This document shows, one piece after another, positions 10,690 to 25,759 of a stretch of 64,000 nt of DNA. The notes under the pieces are model-generated. The model was not told the DNA's origin. It searched no databases and saw only the letters and a program-made list of their open reading frames with translations. This DNA is from Takakia lepidozioides. Taxonomy: Eukaryota; Plantae; Bryophyta. The translations under genes were made by a program, and so were the position numbers. The stretch spans positions 14,446,001 through 14,510,000 of the forward strand of contig CM060731.1 of assembly GCA_030704615.1 (NCBI GenBank). Direction: 5' to 3'. Position 1 is the stretch's first letter, and each line of letters begins with the position of its first letter.

Positions 10690-13200
10690 CGGAACGTTTC
10701 TCCTTGCGGCGATGCTGTTCACTTGGATCTGCCTACACCTGATATGCAATATAGTAGAGTTGGTTGAGATTTGTCCAATCCAAGCACCAGTATATGTGAA
10801 CAAAAAGAGAATGAGTTACATGCCCATCCTCAGTGCAGGACGGTTCGGCGCAGGCATGCTCCGACCTGAACAAATCACCGGAAGTGCAAAAATAAGAGTC
10901 CATGTGCACTTCAGGCATCCCCCATTGAAACTATTCAACAGAAGTATACTTCTTGGCATAAATTCAAGCAATCCATCTAAAAAAAACACAGAGAAGCAAA
11001 ACTTACACGAAGGCCAAGCGCAAAAGATGGCCTCTTTTTTGATGGACAAAATCCCCTTTTTCCTTTCACCGCAGAAAAAAAAACAGTTTGTTGGAGTGAC
11101 CGCATCTAGTACTTTGCCACTTCTATCCCACTCTGGAGCACAAAGACTCATAATCTGCCAAAATTTCACCAAAAACTCATCAAACCCCTCCCGGGCATGG
11201 AGCTCTGGAATGAAACACTAATTCAAGCATCTACTTGACAAACATGTCCATAGAAAAATAACTTAGTTGGTGAGGCCAGTCAATGCAAGTCGACCCCCTC
11301 CAAAAGTTCCCAACCCAAGAGACATGACCAGATCTTCAAATAACTGGTAAAGAAGGTCACTTGCACCATCAACCTTCAAGGCACAGACTGGTATCAAGTA
11401 CAAGACACTGAACCTGTGATGTGCATATAAAAATACATCTGTCTGGCTGGTGAATCTTCGTGAAACACAAGGTCTGACATAAAGCAGAGCTGTCCCAACC
11501 TAGCTGAACAAAATCTTCTTGAAAAATGGATTATAATGAATCAGACACTCCAACATGGCAGTTGTTTTTCCTTTTACAGCCGTACCTCTTCAAACGTCGT
11601 ATTTGTTTAAAACAGCTTGAATGTTTGAAAGCATCTAAAAACCATCGGAGCACCAAATAAGGGACGCATATCCAGCAAAGAGGGGCCCTGACACTGGGAT
11701 TTGGATCGTCATCTTGAGATTCTTCCCAGAGCAAGCACAAGAACAATCTGCAAGACAGTCCTGCTAACACTTAGGATCTCCAGAGGTAGATTTGAGTGCC
11801 AATGTGTATCCTGAGTATCTCCTCTGCATTGATGCAGTTGCACAGAGCAGGCCTCTTGGCTTTCATTATGCAGAAAAGGCATGGAAAGCAAGGCACAGTG
11901 TGGAACTGAAGAAGGTGCTAAGAAACTTTTAAGCAATATCTTCTCAAGGAAGACAAACTGACACAATGCCAGCCAATAAGAACCACAAGTCACACAAATA
12001 AAGGAGACAAGCACAGTCTATCTGCAAGCTAGTCAGCTAGTCCTTCATTGCTGACATTTACTGATGTCAAACTTTTGAACTTTGGCCCTCAATTAAGATC
12101 CTCTGAGCACATAAAATCCTCCTTCGGAAACTAAGATGTACTTTGTGAGTCCATGCATGCACATAACACCAAGCACAGTCCTCCAGACCAAGAACTCAGA
12201 AGGAACTCATAAAATCCAAATCAGACAACTTTTGGATAAGCCAAGAAAGTTACCCTAGATGTGGATGAGGGAGCTCAGTTGTAGGACAAACTGTCCCCTA
12301 GATGATACTCCATCTCTAATCTTTCTCCCAACCGAACATAGCCCTATATGCAACTTAACGTACAGTTTTTGTATAGGGAGTGGCAACTCTTCACAGCTTT
12401 GACAAATGTTCAAAAGCGGGTTCCTAGAGTGTCAGAGTCCAGCGTCAACCAATGACGGACAACCGCAGACTTTCCTAATCTAAAGATATAAAAAATATGC
12501 ATATATGCAGATGTGAATTTTCATTGTCCTGACTGCCAAGGAGTACCTCGTCAGGCATTAATGGACAGAGGCCCTTGTGGCTCTGCCTATCAGAATCCAT
12601 TTCCAGTTCACCTTTGATCTGTCCCGTCCGAATGAACTGTGCTCTTTTTGACAGTGTACTCTCTGTCTGGAAATCCTAAACCCGCCACACACATAGCACA
12701 TGACAATTGCTGCCATACACAAATACATACTCTTTCCTCTCCTCCATGTCGGTTACAAATATCTTTTCTTCACTTCTCTTTCTTTACTTCTTATTAGAAA
12801 GAAACTGTGTGCGCCACAAAACATCATGTAGGCAAATCTTGTGTGGTAGCTTTGCCAACTGCCATATGCAAATAACAATTTGCAGAATACACAACAAGTC
12901 TTAGAGAGGTCCTATTTGCCTAAAATATGAGACGCAACAACACATGTTGGAGCTTTTCTTTGCACCTACCTCCTTGACCTCTGCCCTCCCTTCTGCATTC
13001 CCCAAAGTTGGAGGGATCTTGCGACTATCTCTTGTGACCGCTGCTTTCCCCTTTTCCACATAAACATTCCAGCAGCAGCTTAGCTTTTCCCTCCGCCTAT
13101 CTCCTTGACCTCTGCCGAACTGCTTGGGGGTATTTTGCAAGTATCTTTGGAGTCCTCAAGAGAGTCTGTCCTCATTTCGTAAGAGACATTTTACGAGATC
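10690..13200 (-). other. Putative spliced locus of unknown type (possibly a decayed gene)
   Basis: AG/GT-bounded blocks at ~11586-11747, 11328-11412, 11101-11154 and ~10829-10864 splice in frame (LFLCLLWEE..FKQIRRLKRFSVLYLIPVCALKVDGASDLLYQLFEDLIMSLCAPEWDRSGKVLDAVGACLRRTVLH*). Upstream blocks (12.25-12.48 kb) have stops in all frames, and no clean ATG was found. Confidence 0.3.
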
Positions 13201-14334
13201 CAACAAACAGGAAGGAAAACAGATGCTCAGTAAAAACGACGCCTTTGTTGTTTGGCGAGAGAGGCAGTGCTCTTGTACGCGAGACACCTAGAAAATACGC
13301 GATGTAGAATACCTGGTCGACGGATGAAAACTGCCTTATGTAAACCCATGGTTAAAGGGGTCAAGGAATATTCGTCTGGAATATTTCTGGGGTGTCTTCA
13401 TATCCCAGGGTAAAGAATCTTTCCTTGGGTCCAGGGAATATTTACCCAGGGCTAGCGAAACTTTCCCGGGCTTTCTAAGCCCGGGCCACTAAGGACGGGC
13501 AGCAGCCGAAATTTGTTCCCAATGAGTTCCCTGTATGGACTGGGTGCAGGACGTCCAGTCCCAGGCCCAGACCTGGCTTGGTCCATGGTCTAGACCCCGG
13601 GCAGCGCCCCAGGCCAGCCCAAAACTCTCATTTTTATGGCGTCCCGCAACACGGCCTCTTTGCTATTCCCTAATGCGTGTGAAAGGGCGCCCCCCAACAC
13701 GCACAGACGCGCTCTCACGTGCGCCCGTGCGCCGGAACTAGAACACGTGCTGAAATCCCTAGAAATGACAAGTGTAAGAAGAGGGGGTCGGGGCTCCTGA
13801 ACGTGCAAGAACCCATGCCGCGTGGAGCAACAGGACTCGTTGTAAGCTCGTAACTGTGGTCCTTTAAAACAAACCGCGGGACAATTACGAATAATTGATG
13901 TATATGCGGTCGATGACACGGCAAATTCATCGGCCGTATACCGACAGTGGGGCCCCTCAGACTAAGTCCCTAAGGCCCTGCTGCTGCGAGAGATATATAA
14001 GGGGTCTATCGAAGGCCCTGCTGCTCTCAGAGATATCACACACAGTTCGCTTCATGTTTCTCGGCCTTCCTTCCACAAGTGTGTTTGCTGTGGTGATTCT
14101 TGCACATAAGCTCACAATCTATTTTCTTTTGTTGTTGCACATTTGGATTCTTGCACATAAGCTCGCATCCGTGCTCAACGAGGTGGAATAGGCAGAGCGG
14201 ACAATTTGAAAGTTCATGTATACTGTTGTCTCTCACAAAAGGAGAGTTCAATCTTAGGGGATAGTAGAGTGGTACAAGAGAGAAACGGTGAGAAATCTCT
14301 TCCATTTCTGGAGATCTAGATTCTGGGAGCCAGC

Positions 14335-17300
14335 ATGGCGGTGCTGGAGCGTTCACCATTGATGACAAGTGGGCAGGGAGAGAAGGACGGAAGTAGCTGG
14401 TTGGGGTCTCTGCTGAGTTCCCTGGGGTGGTCCTATGCGGCCCTCTGGACTCTCAATCTTGAAAGGTTTTTTTCGCTCGCTATGTGTTGGTGTGCGCCTC
14501 TCGTGTCTCAGCGTCACACACATTTGCCCAAAAATCTACTTAGATGTACACATGGCGCAGCTCCTGCCTACATACGAGCGTTTGTTATAAGCCCAGGGTG
14601 CAGCGGATGCTTACATAAGATAGCATGTACATGTACATGTACACGTCCCCTTTGATTTTGAACAACGGTACCAGTTGAGCAATTGATATATGTCCTATAT
14701 GTCAGTTGGGCTTTCGAGACTGCCAGTCTCAGCTTCACATCAGTATATAATATACTTGACCTGACCAAACCAAATGGGTGCAGATCTGGACAGTCAATTC
14801 AAACATTTATAAGTGCCATGACTCTCGCTTGCAAAATCTCAGCTAGGACGGTGAGCCGCTGGCCAATGCCGATGTTTGATGCTGGACCCTGCTCAATGGG
14901 TTTTTCTTTGGCATTTGCAGGACCAAGCTTGTTTGGAAAGACGGGTGGTACAACTTGGACAATGTGGGCACAATCAAAGAGGTCTATAATGCAAAGCTCC
15001 TCTACTCCACCTACAAGTCGTGCTCTTTCACTCCTGGATTTGGGTAAGCTCTAACTAAAGTAACCACCTTTTCATGCGTTTCAAGCTGAGAACTATCTAG
15101 CTTGCCTGCTCTAGCTAGTGCAAGGGTTCTGGCGAATTGCATGACCACATGCAATGGCCCTATGCTCGCCCTATGAAACTGCTTCCGAATTATAGGCGGA
15201 CGACTAAGCACATTGCTCAAGGTGATTTGTTGTAAACTGTCTATTAAAAGTATACTATTCACCCAGGGCATATGACAAACCAGGAAAAGACAATTCAGCC
15301 TCGTATAAGAGTACTCACATTTCCCCTGATTTAGGGATTTTCACATCGCCCAATACGATGTACAGTCAGGTCCGGAATCATGACTGTTCCTTGTTCTCCT
15401 GAAGAAGAAAGAAAGAACAAAAACAAAGAGCGTAATCGAGAAGTGATTAGATAGTTAAAAGAGATCATACAAGCACGAAACTCATTCATGATTCGGCCCT
15501 TATTGTGTGGTTGCAGATTAGTAGGCTCTGCGTATTCCAAAAATAGACCGGACGTTTGGAGAAAGACCCAGGCGCAACCTTGCATGGGTATGGAACAGGA
15601 GCAGTTGCAGTTTTTGATGTCTGCTGACATACAGGTGTGCACAACGACAATCAAGGCTTCCCTTCTGATCTCTCTGCAACGTCTTATAAGTGGCATCTCC
15701 TTCTTCCAACTTTTTCAGCAAAATAAAAGTGAAATAGAAGCATTCAAGAGCTCCACAAGTTGACAACCTGTGGATTGTTCGTCCCCTCAGCTACAATGAG
15801 TGTCCAGTCTGACGCGTTCTAGGGACCTTGAAACTTGAAACGGCTCAAGCATGACATCTAGAGGGCAACACTTTGAACACTCAAGTGACGTTCCATGAAT
15901 CTACATGAATTTCTACTTCAGTTGAAAATGTAAAAGCCGAGACGCTTTAAATTCAAAGCTGAAAACAGACTTTGTTTCTTGAGACAAATGGATTGCTGGG
16001 ATGGCGGGAACAGACAATGCTTTTCATACCGATGGTGGGTCACGGCGTGCTTGAGCTCGGCACCGTTAACCTCGTAAGTCCCCAATTCCTTCATTTCATG
16101 TTTCCGTAGCAAGCTGGGGGCTGGAGCTGTAAATTATGCAAGAAAAGGAAGTGCCCAGCTGGTTTGCAAGGCAGAGAGTAAAAATGATTCAGTTCTCCGA
16201 TCTATCCATTGGTGATTGTGGAGACCAGGATGCTGTTTGTGCATGTCTAAGTTACCTTTTCGTTGATGTATGGCAGGTAGTAGAAGGCGACAGTATCCTG
16301 GAACAGATCCTGACATTTCTTTGTCATGAGTTAGCGCACACCGCAGTTGACTCTTTCGATACTGCAACAACGAGATCCCCCGAATCAGTAAGTCGGCAAG
16401 GGCTAATGAGTCCTCGGACCTTCTTCTCTGTGCCCAAGCTCAGTCTAAATCCTCCAACATTCCGGAATTCGGCAACTGCAGTCAGTTCCCTACTCCCACA
16501 GGATCAAAATCAGCGGCCCATCAATATGTGGGAGACAGATTGGAGGGCGCCACAGTCAGACGTGCAATCATCCTCAATGATGAGTCCCTGCCAGCACAGA
16601 TCTCACTCTGACACTCCTTCTTCAAGCCGTAGCTGCCAAGACCAGGACGATGCCTTCCAAACGTCTCGCCGGCATCATTCCTGTTCGCCTGAGCATCACA
16701 TGTCCCTCATGAAGGAGACCCGTCCGCACCACGATTCACCGGACTTCAGCCTACTGGCAAGAAGGTACACTTGCCGATAATTCCAGAATTGAACTTCCAG
16801 GCTCAAATCCTTGCTGTGTAGGTTTGCTTGGAGTTCCACCTCCAGGGGAGACTGGGAGTTGTGTGGAGGGTTTCTCTTGTCAGGTCTGCATAACAATGCA
16901 GCCCTGGAGCCTAACACCTCCACAGAGTTGAGCACCCATTCTCTTTTAAATCGTTTGAGTTTTCTGCTCTACAGTTTAGCTGTCAAAACGAAAGCCTGCC
17001 TTATGCCAACATTTCTATGTGTACTCCCTGTGACCCAGGTTTTATGTGCTCAGATCCATGACCGGCCTAGAGGTTCTTACAGACTCGAATAGAGGTACCT
17101 CCCTCCACCATCTACGAACAGCGTCACCTAACTGTGACAGTACTGGTTGTGGCATACATAATCTCATGCTGTCTGGCGGAGGCGAATGTCCACAGGAGGA
17201 TTGTGATCCATACACCACTATTCCCACTATTCACATAGTGACTGACGCCCAGCGGGGCACTCATCCGCCAGGTAGTGTGGGTCAATCCACGCTCGCACAA

Positions 17301-18412
17301 GCACTTGGTAGCACCAGACCATACACATCTGCTAGCGCACCAGGAGGATCCTTGTTGGGTCAGGACGAAGACGCCAAAGCAAAAAGGCGCCACACCATGG
17401 CTGAGCGCACCAGGAGAGAAACACAAAATAAGTTATTCGTTGCTTTGCGACAGCTTGTGCCCTTGAGTTCTAAGGTACATGCTCTCTCTATACACTGCAA
17501 GAATGCTGGGTTCCTCTTGGCAAGCACTGTAACAAGTTCATCAAGGAGTCTGCATTTTGTGTGCTTCGATTGTGACCCAGATGTCAGCAATGTTACTCAA
17601 CAAAATGTGTGGCTGTGTACTCGTTAATGGCAGCAAGCTCTCTAGAGCCTTTGAATCTTTGATGTTGATTGTCACTGAACATGGATAAGCTGAGAGTTGA
17701 ACCACTTGGGATATTGATAAATATATCCTTGGGTTTAGTGACTTGCACAGCACAATTCATATAGTTAGGACTCCGTATCTTCCAGCTCCAATTCTTCCTC
17801 CTGTACAATGTGTTTACATTCTTGTACTCATTTCTTTCGTCATATTGATGCCACACTGCAGCGAGACAAGGCCTCGACTCTGCGCGATACAATAGAGTAT
17901 GTGCGACAACAGCACGAGTACATCGAAGAGCTTGAAGCTAAGGTGGCTGCTTTCTCTCAGCCACATTTTCAAAGACTCTGAAACCCAGACACACTCTCTC
18001 CCTTTTGTCATACATTGAATTCATTGCTTGGCATCGATATGGAGCTAGTATAGAATAGGGTACAAAACCATGGGTGTAAGAAGAACAGACTGGTTGGCTG
18101 TGGATTCCGAATTTGGATTCCATCGTTCCTCATGTGGATAGGTAAGGACAACAGATAGTGTGAAAAAAATTTATACAGAATAAAGCTTCAGCCCAACTAA
18201 TCGCCCAACTAATCGGCAATTCAGGCCAGGTTGGGTAGCAAGCTGAAGTTGAATGACATTCCAATTCTCTTCTGTGTTTCTTGTTGTCAGTTTCAACACA
18301 CTGTGTCAGTGTACCGCTGTACATATCTATGTACACCCTTTGCTGCAAATTGAGGGGCACTTTCCTCTGCTCGCAGACACCTCCAATCCAGAGAAATGCA
18401 CTGGAGATATAG
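14335..18412 (+). CDS. bHLH transcription factor with a bHLH-MYC_N-type N-terminus (bHLH041/subfamily IVd-like)
   Basis: Exons ~14335-14465, 14921-15043, 15517-15634, 16014-16073, 16277-16764, 17054-17474, 17861-17942, 18377-18412. N-terminal WSYAALW/LVWKDGWY/SFTPGFGLVG/TMLFIPMVGHGVLELGT; bHLH RRHTMAERTRRETQNKLFVALRQLVP|RDKASTLRDTIEYV with the H-E-R motif. Confidence 0.88.
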
Positions 18413-19282
18413 CACTAGAAGAATTGTGATTGAGGTAGACAGCCGGGCCTTGCATGCATGTAGTCCTTCACACGTCTAGGACATGTGTGCTTAGAAATGC
18501 ATGACAACTTCGCCTGTCTAAATCATCGATCATGTCTTCTTAATTGCTCAGACATCCAGCTACAGAGACATGCTCTTCCCACAGGCCTTGTTAGAAGTCC
18601 AAGGACAGCAAACAACCAGATGTTTGTTGTCTCCGCAGGTCTTGTGCAGATGTCTGACCAGTCTTGATGCAGCTAGTTACATTAAGTAGCATAAAGGTAA
18701 CTTTCCCATCAGTAAATGCACCTCTTTAAAATGAGTGTTGTCATTCAGGCATATAACTGCCTGCTCAGCTATATAGCTACTGGCAGTAAACATGTTCATG
18801 CCTCCAGTTCCTATTCAATGCAAGAATAATTTTATTGGCTACAAGTCCCCCTTAAGGAACCATGTATTACAAACGTCTCTTTGTACACACAAATAAAACC
18901 GATCAAATGCTGTCTCTCCAGTTCACATCCTATCTGCAATGATGGCTGGGTTCAAGTACCAAAACATTGAACAGGACATTCCATGACATGGCTATTGCGG
19001 CCTGCCATTCCTAGGACCAACTTTGCCATGAACAAATTCGATAGTATCCAACTTCAAGATTGTTAAGTGGAAGCTACAACAGCTGAATGAGATCAGTATA
19101 ATCAAGAGTTTTTAGCATCTATTGTGACAAGAACTAGCTAAAAGCTGATGTACAGAATAGACCTTTGAGAGAAATCCTGCGCGGGGAGGCCCAGCCCTTG
19201 TTAGTGCTTCCACTGCGAGCAACTACAGCTAGGGCCATCTTGTCAAAAAAAGTGGAAATCAATGATTCAATTGTGGTAAGCA

Positions 19283-22200
19283 TCACGAAAATAACTTTGT
19301 CAAAAGCTCTGAGGTGATTATGATGCCAGCTGTTCCCATGACAAGGCCCAGAGTGAGACGGCCACCAGGTACAATTGGTGCAACTGCAGGGGGAAGGCAA
19401 TTCTCTGTGTACCTTTCCGACCAGGCCATGGCTGCTGGTAGTATTCCAAACAAAATCAACACTGGCCATGAATACCACCCCCCACAGCATTAGTCATTCA
19501 AAGCAAGACATGTGTCATTACTTCACTTTACCACAAATCAGGTATATACTATGAGTGGACCCTCTCTATGACACAGAAACAGCCTGCTAAAGATCACTGC
19601 ATGTAAACATGGAAGAAAATGGTCAAGCTCATTACCACCATATGTGCCGGCGAAATCTAGAGCCTCATAGAAGATGGTGGGTGACAGCACGGCAAGAGGA
19701 AGTGGGGGTATCACAGTTAATGTGTATGGTAGCAGCTGCTGACCTCGGCCCCCCGGCAGCTTCAGCACTGCATGCACCCAGACCAGTCTCACACGACAGC
19801 TCATATCTTGTGCTAGAAGCTTCGTGACAGGAAGATTATTGATTGCAAACAGATGATGTTGAGATATCTTCAAAGGACAAGATCCTCCAATTCGGAATGA
19901 TCACTTGGGTTCTCCTCTTGATGCAATTGAGAGGTCTTTAGCTCCTTGTCCAAACTCAATGAGTACATCATGACCTTCTGAAAGGGGGCCCGAAAGACCA
20001 AAGCTCACGTGCTTTCGAATATATCAACTTCACCTTGAAGTCGAAGTCTACTCAACAGCAGATTGTTACGCGAAGTCAACCGTCGAGTCACAGTCATCTC
20101 AAACTGACTGAAGGATAATGGGTTCCTCAGACATGGATTTTCACCATGTACAAGCTGTTTCATGCTAAGGGACATGACAGGATCCAGCACTTGAGACGAA
20201 GGCATCGACAGAAGAGACTGTAAACTAGCAACACAAAAAAAAATTACCTCCACAGCAGCCTTACCCCTGGATATGCATTTTCCACCACCGACAAATACTT
20301 CCATGGCCAAGTTTGTAAACACTGAATGTTGAGGTCTGAAGTTGAGATGTACTTACAATCGGCAAGGAAATCAGACAGGCCCAACACAAAGCCAATATAG
20401 GAGGTGGCTACAGCCAGCAAGGAAAATAACTCCACTGTTGGCTGCACAACCATGACAGCTTGCTTATTAGAAAGCCCAAAATTTCTAGGTACCTGATTAG
20501 CACAAGCTCTGCAATCAGCCCAACTAGTTCCTTCTGCTTATAGGAGCATATGACACTGATGATTAGAACACATAAGCATCTGTCATCCAAGACACTTAAA
20601 AGAGACAATAGCCCCTATAGCATATTTAATGCGAGTCTTCAACTTACTCCGACGATACCACTAGCAGATCGCAACCGCAGCAGTGGGTCACTTATCATTT
20701 GGACTGCTCCATTTACATCCACCACCGAGGATATTGTGCCGAGAATGACCGCATCCCATAATAGAAACATGACCAGTGGAATTGCTGTTCCAAGTACCAC
20801 TGCAGTTCTGTCCATCATATTATATCAGCACCAAATAAACAAGGAGATGACGAGCTAGATCAACAGAAAAGAACTTGATGAGAGGGAAAAGGAAGCTCAT
20901 TACCATTTAAGTTTTCAAATAAGAATTTTGAGGACTCAGGTTTCATGAAGGAAGAAACGTCATAGCCTTCACAGGGCCATGTGACAAAGTAGAACACCAA
21001 AGAAGAAAGAGAGAAGACAACAACAGAAGTTTTCCATCTAAAAGAAAAAAAGAAAAACGATAAAGAACTCATGAACAGTTTAATGTGACCTTTGTATTGA
21101 CATCCTTTGGGGACATATAGTTCTCTCCAGATCTAGCCAATTGTATGAGACTCACCCTCAGATTACCCCAGCAGTTGCTTACAGCCACCAACAAGCCATT
21201 AGGAACTGGATCCAATCAATCAGCTAGTATTGGCATCATACAAGAAAGCATGCGCTTGATTTGAGCACTGCTCATCTAGGCCTCTAACTCGCAACACACG
21301 TACCTCTGGTGTGAGAGAATGGGCAAAACAGAAAAGGAGAAGAGGAAAAAGAACATAAGACGTTGTCTGCCAACAAAGATGGAGAGAGAGGACACCTGAT
21401 TCTAGGAAGATCTCCCTCGAGACTAGTCGAAACCACTGGGACAACATTCTGCATAATGCTCACAACATTCCATCACTCATCTTGCTCATGATGAAGAAGC
21501 TTTTGTGCTGTACGTGGCAGTATTAAGTCAAACATGAAAAGAATCCCAGCTAGGAAGTTATCAACTTGAACAGACTTGAATATCTCACAAGTATATCCCG
21601 TACATTTACACTAAATAAAATGATTGTGCTATAGGGTGTCTCAGTTTGCATATACAGCTGCTGATTCTACTTCCAAAAATTCTTAATCTTGAAGCCTTCT
21701 GTCCAAAGTTCTGATCTTCATGAGGTCAACCTCTCTGAGATCCAGGCATAAGAGAGGCAAAATGAGACACCATTTCCAACTAAGACGTGTCATACCTGGT
21801 AAACAAAAGCCAGAGCAATCACTGGAACACTGTGTGGTACAGCCGCAAAATTGGCACGCAGCAGTGCACTGAAATCCAACCCTCCTGAGGCCAATCCCTG
21901 TGACAAAGGTAGAACCCAAAGAGCCCCAGCCCTCAGTTTTAACTTGCCAGTCAGCCAACCCTCCAGAGGATAGAGGCCCACTCTAGGAAGGCAGCTTTTA
22001 TTCAGCCTGATTCACTACCTCCTTAAATTGCCTTTCCCGTGTCCCAGCATTAAGATTGTAGCTTACAGTATGCCTACAGCCCCCACCTCCCTTTCTCATC
22101 CTATTTTAGTCTGTGATGCAACCTGCCTGCCTGCTGCTAGTAGTAGCTCCTACTACCTCATATATGCATGGGCTCTGGATCCTGTCAGTGAAATACTTCT

Positions 22201-25200
22201 ATGATATTATAACATTGTCTTGAGAGAGTGTTAACAAAGGTAGATGTTCTAAGCATACATTCAAGACTATGGCAAGAATATGATATTTCAGGCCCTAGTT
22301 ATCAATACAAGAGAGTGCCTTTATGGGTACTTTGTAACTAGCTGTTTCAACAAATCAAGATCAGTGGAATGACAAGTACCACAAGAATGGCAAAACTTGT
22401 GAGGATGCCAGCCACTAACACTCCGTTTATTATGCCTATCACCCGGTGGCTGGCCCAGAAAGCACAAAGTTGGAATATGTCAGAGAGTTGGGTGGGATTC
22501 AGGTACATACATTCCACTAGAGTATCTGTTCATCAGGGCCTTGTATCAAGCCACCTAAACTCCACATGATTCTAGGTCAAGTATTGCTGTGAGCATCAGA
22601 AGAGAAGAGGGCCCTGAAACTTGCATGCTTTCCAAACTGACATGCTTTCAGGACCTCTGTGGGAGGTACACCAGAAACAATTCACTCTCCATGACAACCG
22701 TTAAGGACAACACATTGATGGCAAGGAAAGAGAGATAGAAGAGGGAAAAGAGAACTCGTCACCTTGCAAAATAACACAAGCCTCCAAGAGTACCTGTGAA
22801 CAAAGCCGCACTCAGCCATCTGCCATCTCACAAAAAGTCAATGCTGTGCTCAATATAACCTTAACATCATGGGACGTGTTGTTCCCTAACGTGCTGCGAC
22901 AGAATTAGAGGCAACCCAAATCAGTTTGCTCTACCCCTGGAATATCTAAGCAGACTGACAAACTGCCAAGACATCCCTTTTTAGCTTCCTAATAGGTCCT
23001 TAGAATCTGCATTCTGACTGGCAGTGCAATTACAACCAGATGTATCACATCCTCGCTAGCCAGAGGGAAACATTCTGCACTTTCCTCTTTACAGCGTGAT
23101 GGCAGTGCAACTACAGCCCCATGCATCACATTTGTGTTGAGTAGAGGGCTACAGTCGTAGTCTGCACTCAGATAATGCTTTCTATTATGATGCCAGTGCC
23201 AGCCCTCAAGTCACTGATCAACACCCAGGTGGCATCAACAATCCCAGAATCCAAAAGGGTTAACAACCCAAAAGACCACCTGAGGCCACAGCCAGTGTTC
23301 AGAGCTGACCCTCACAGTGAGTATTGATAAATACATCTATCATTTTGAGTGAGAAGGACCTACAAAGGAGTGCCTAGAGTGTTTGTCACAATGTCGGACG
23401 AGCGTGCCACATATGCAACCAGCAAAGCATAGTGGATGAACAAATAGGCCACACTGCCACAACCAATTCAACACACTATTCACTGAGCTTTTTAAAGGCT
23501 ACAGCACTTGTTAGAGTGAAATATCCCCCTACTGTTCCATCGAGCTCAACATCTGCATGTAACTTTCACATGATTCAAACGCCAATGCCATGCTACTGGT
23601 GTATTGATAGGCCTCTGTGATACCTCATCTGTATTTGGTCCTTTCCTGGCAGATTATTGGAAATATGAAGCTTCTGAAAGGTAGCAAGGGGGCTGTATTC
23701 CCACAAAGTACAGGGGACCAAAATATGCATCCTTATTTACGTAATGTCTTTGTGAAGCGAGCTGCTGCATATTCCTAACACCATGTATATTGGCAATTTA
23801 CAGGTAAATAACACCAGTTAGCCCGTCAAGCTGGCAGTGGCTAGAAATCCCGTCTTTATGTGCATACAGTTGCCAACAGAATCAATGAAGCTGGGAAATG
23901 ATGGTTAGCAAGTTTCATAGAGATTTAACCTGGTGCAGACAAGCAGCACACCTTACCAGGCTACTCGTACACCCCCTACACCCAGCGTGCGTGATGCCAT
24001 TGAAACCTGTCCATCACAAAACCACATTCAGTGCTAACAAAAGGAGGGAGATGACCCGAGGGGAGAGTGGAGTGTTGGGAAGAGATTGTCACACAAACAA
24101 GGCTTAGTCAAATTGCATCCAGGCCTAAAGCAGAGGAGAACGTACGAGAGAGACGCCACCAGAGCCAAGCTCACACATGGTGTTCACATTGACCTCAGCA
24201 ACTAGCAACCCTGTTCCCACCTGCACTGTTCCATCAGCCCACCCTCATCACTTCACATCTGCTGCATGCACATCATCTGACCTTGCAATTTCTTAGCCAG
24301 GTTGTCACATGCAAATGTACATCTTCACTCAAAAAGCAAAGGTGAGTACCATGTAAAGCCAGCATAGCACACATGCCACTGATGATGCCAAGAAGCCAGC
24401 ATCTTGAGTGACTGCTGGGATGGCCAGAATCCCTGCGCCTACCTGCTCCAGCCCACCACCATGTACAGCACCTTATGTCATGCAGTGGTTACAATGAATC
24501 CGTTTGTCACTCCATGTCTCCATCCATCGACTGGCACCATCTGGTAGACTCTCCCCCTGTCAGATAGTTGTGCCCTTCTAACCAACAAGCTGTAACTCGG
24601 TTTGCAGGGAGATGTCAAGATTCCTCTGGTAATTTACATACTATTTTCTATAGATGTACCCATGTATTCATTACTTGAAGGAAAATTACCTATAGCTTAG
24701 TAGATCAGTTCCAATCACAGCTGTAAAACTTGCATAATACGTTCAATCCCTACTCTGCTGTCATGGAAAGCCTGTGTCACCTCCTATCTCTGTCATGTTT
24801 CTCTCGCCAGTCTCCAAGATTATTAACAACTGTGATGCACAGAAGACACTTAGCAGAAAGTGGTGAAAAGAGCGAGTAATAATATACCGTAGTGCCTGCA
24901 ATGAGAAGCACCGCGCTAGTTAGACTCCCTGTTTCGCCCCACACAAATGGTCAAGAAAGACGGCAAACAGATGGGTATTGAGCTTCATAGGCCCTTGATT
25001 TGGAGTGCTCACAAGTATCCTGCAGTGTTGCTGATACTTGTGGTTAATGCAGGTAAACATGGTCCCAAATGCACCATCCATCCTTACGTAATTCGAGCCC
25101 TGAGGATTTGGGGAAGGTGGATTTTCTGGGCCGTCGACAGTACTTTGATAGGTACCTGATACCAAGTTCACGCATATTGCTACTCCTACTGCTACTGCTA

Positions 25201-25759
25201 CTTAATATCTGCAATTCTCAGTATCGAAATCCACACATAAAGGAGATTAACAGATGTATAAAGAGGAGGCCGGAAAGCCCAACTAGATGGAATCGACGTG
25301 CCGCGCTTCATAGATTTTCTTAAGAAGACAAATCATTCCACCAGTTTTATAATGGATGTTCCGTCCAATTGTGTCTAGCAACCTATCGAAAGAAGAGAGG
25401 CATTTACCGGGCTCATGCTGAAGAGTGGCTTCGTTTACATTGGAGAAGAGACGCTCATAGCTGCCGGCATTGTTCTCTTTGGATCCTGAAGCAGGCAATG
25501 CAGCTGGTGCCTGGGTAGGAGTGGTTTTGGAATCCAATTTAGTGGACTGGGGGCTGGTAGGTTTCTGTCCAGCACTTCGAATTACCAGGGACTTCTTGTG
25601 AGAAGGAAGATGATGGGTGGCAGAGTTAGGCTTGCTTTGACCTGCAAAATGGCGTCTAAAAGGTAGGAAAGACATGAACTTGGACGGTAGGCCAAGAGAG
25701 GAGGTGGCTGCACAGGACACAGTGTGGAAAGGCACTGATGTGATCCTGCAGACGGACAT
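19283..25759 (-). CDS. Tryptophan/tyrosine permease family amino-acid transporter, probably plastid-targeted
   Basis: Ser/Thr-rich N-terminal extension, then spliced ERLFSNVNEATLQHEPG|SLTSAVLLIAGTT|VGAGILAIPAVTQDAGFL|..LLVAEVNVNTMCELGSGGVSL|VSMASRTLG|FIHYALLVAYVARSSDI...ATSYIGFVLGLSDFLAD...ALDFAGTYG|VLILFGILPAAMAWSERY..VPGGRLTL..LFS*. Confidence 0.9.

Noticed and set aside
19860-20200. Intronic C/D snoRNA in the permease gene
   Set aside because: No canonical RUGAUGA/CUGA pair with a terminal stem or a recognisable rRNA guide.
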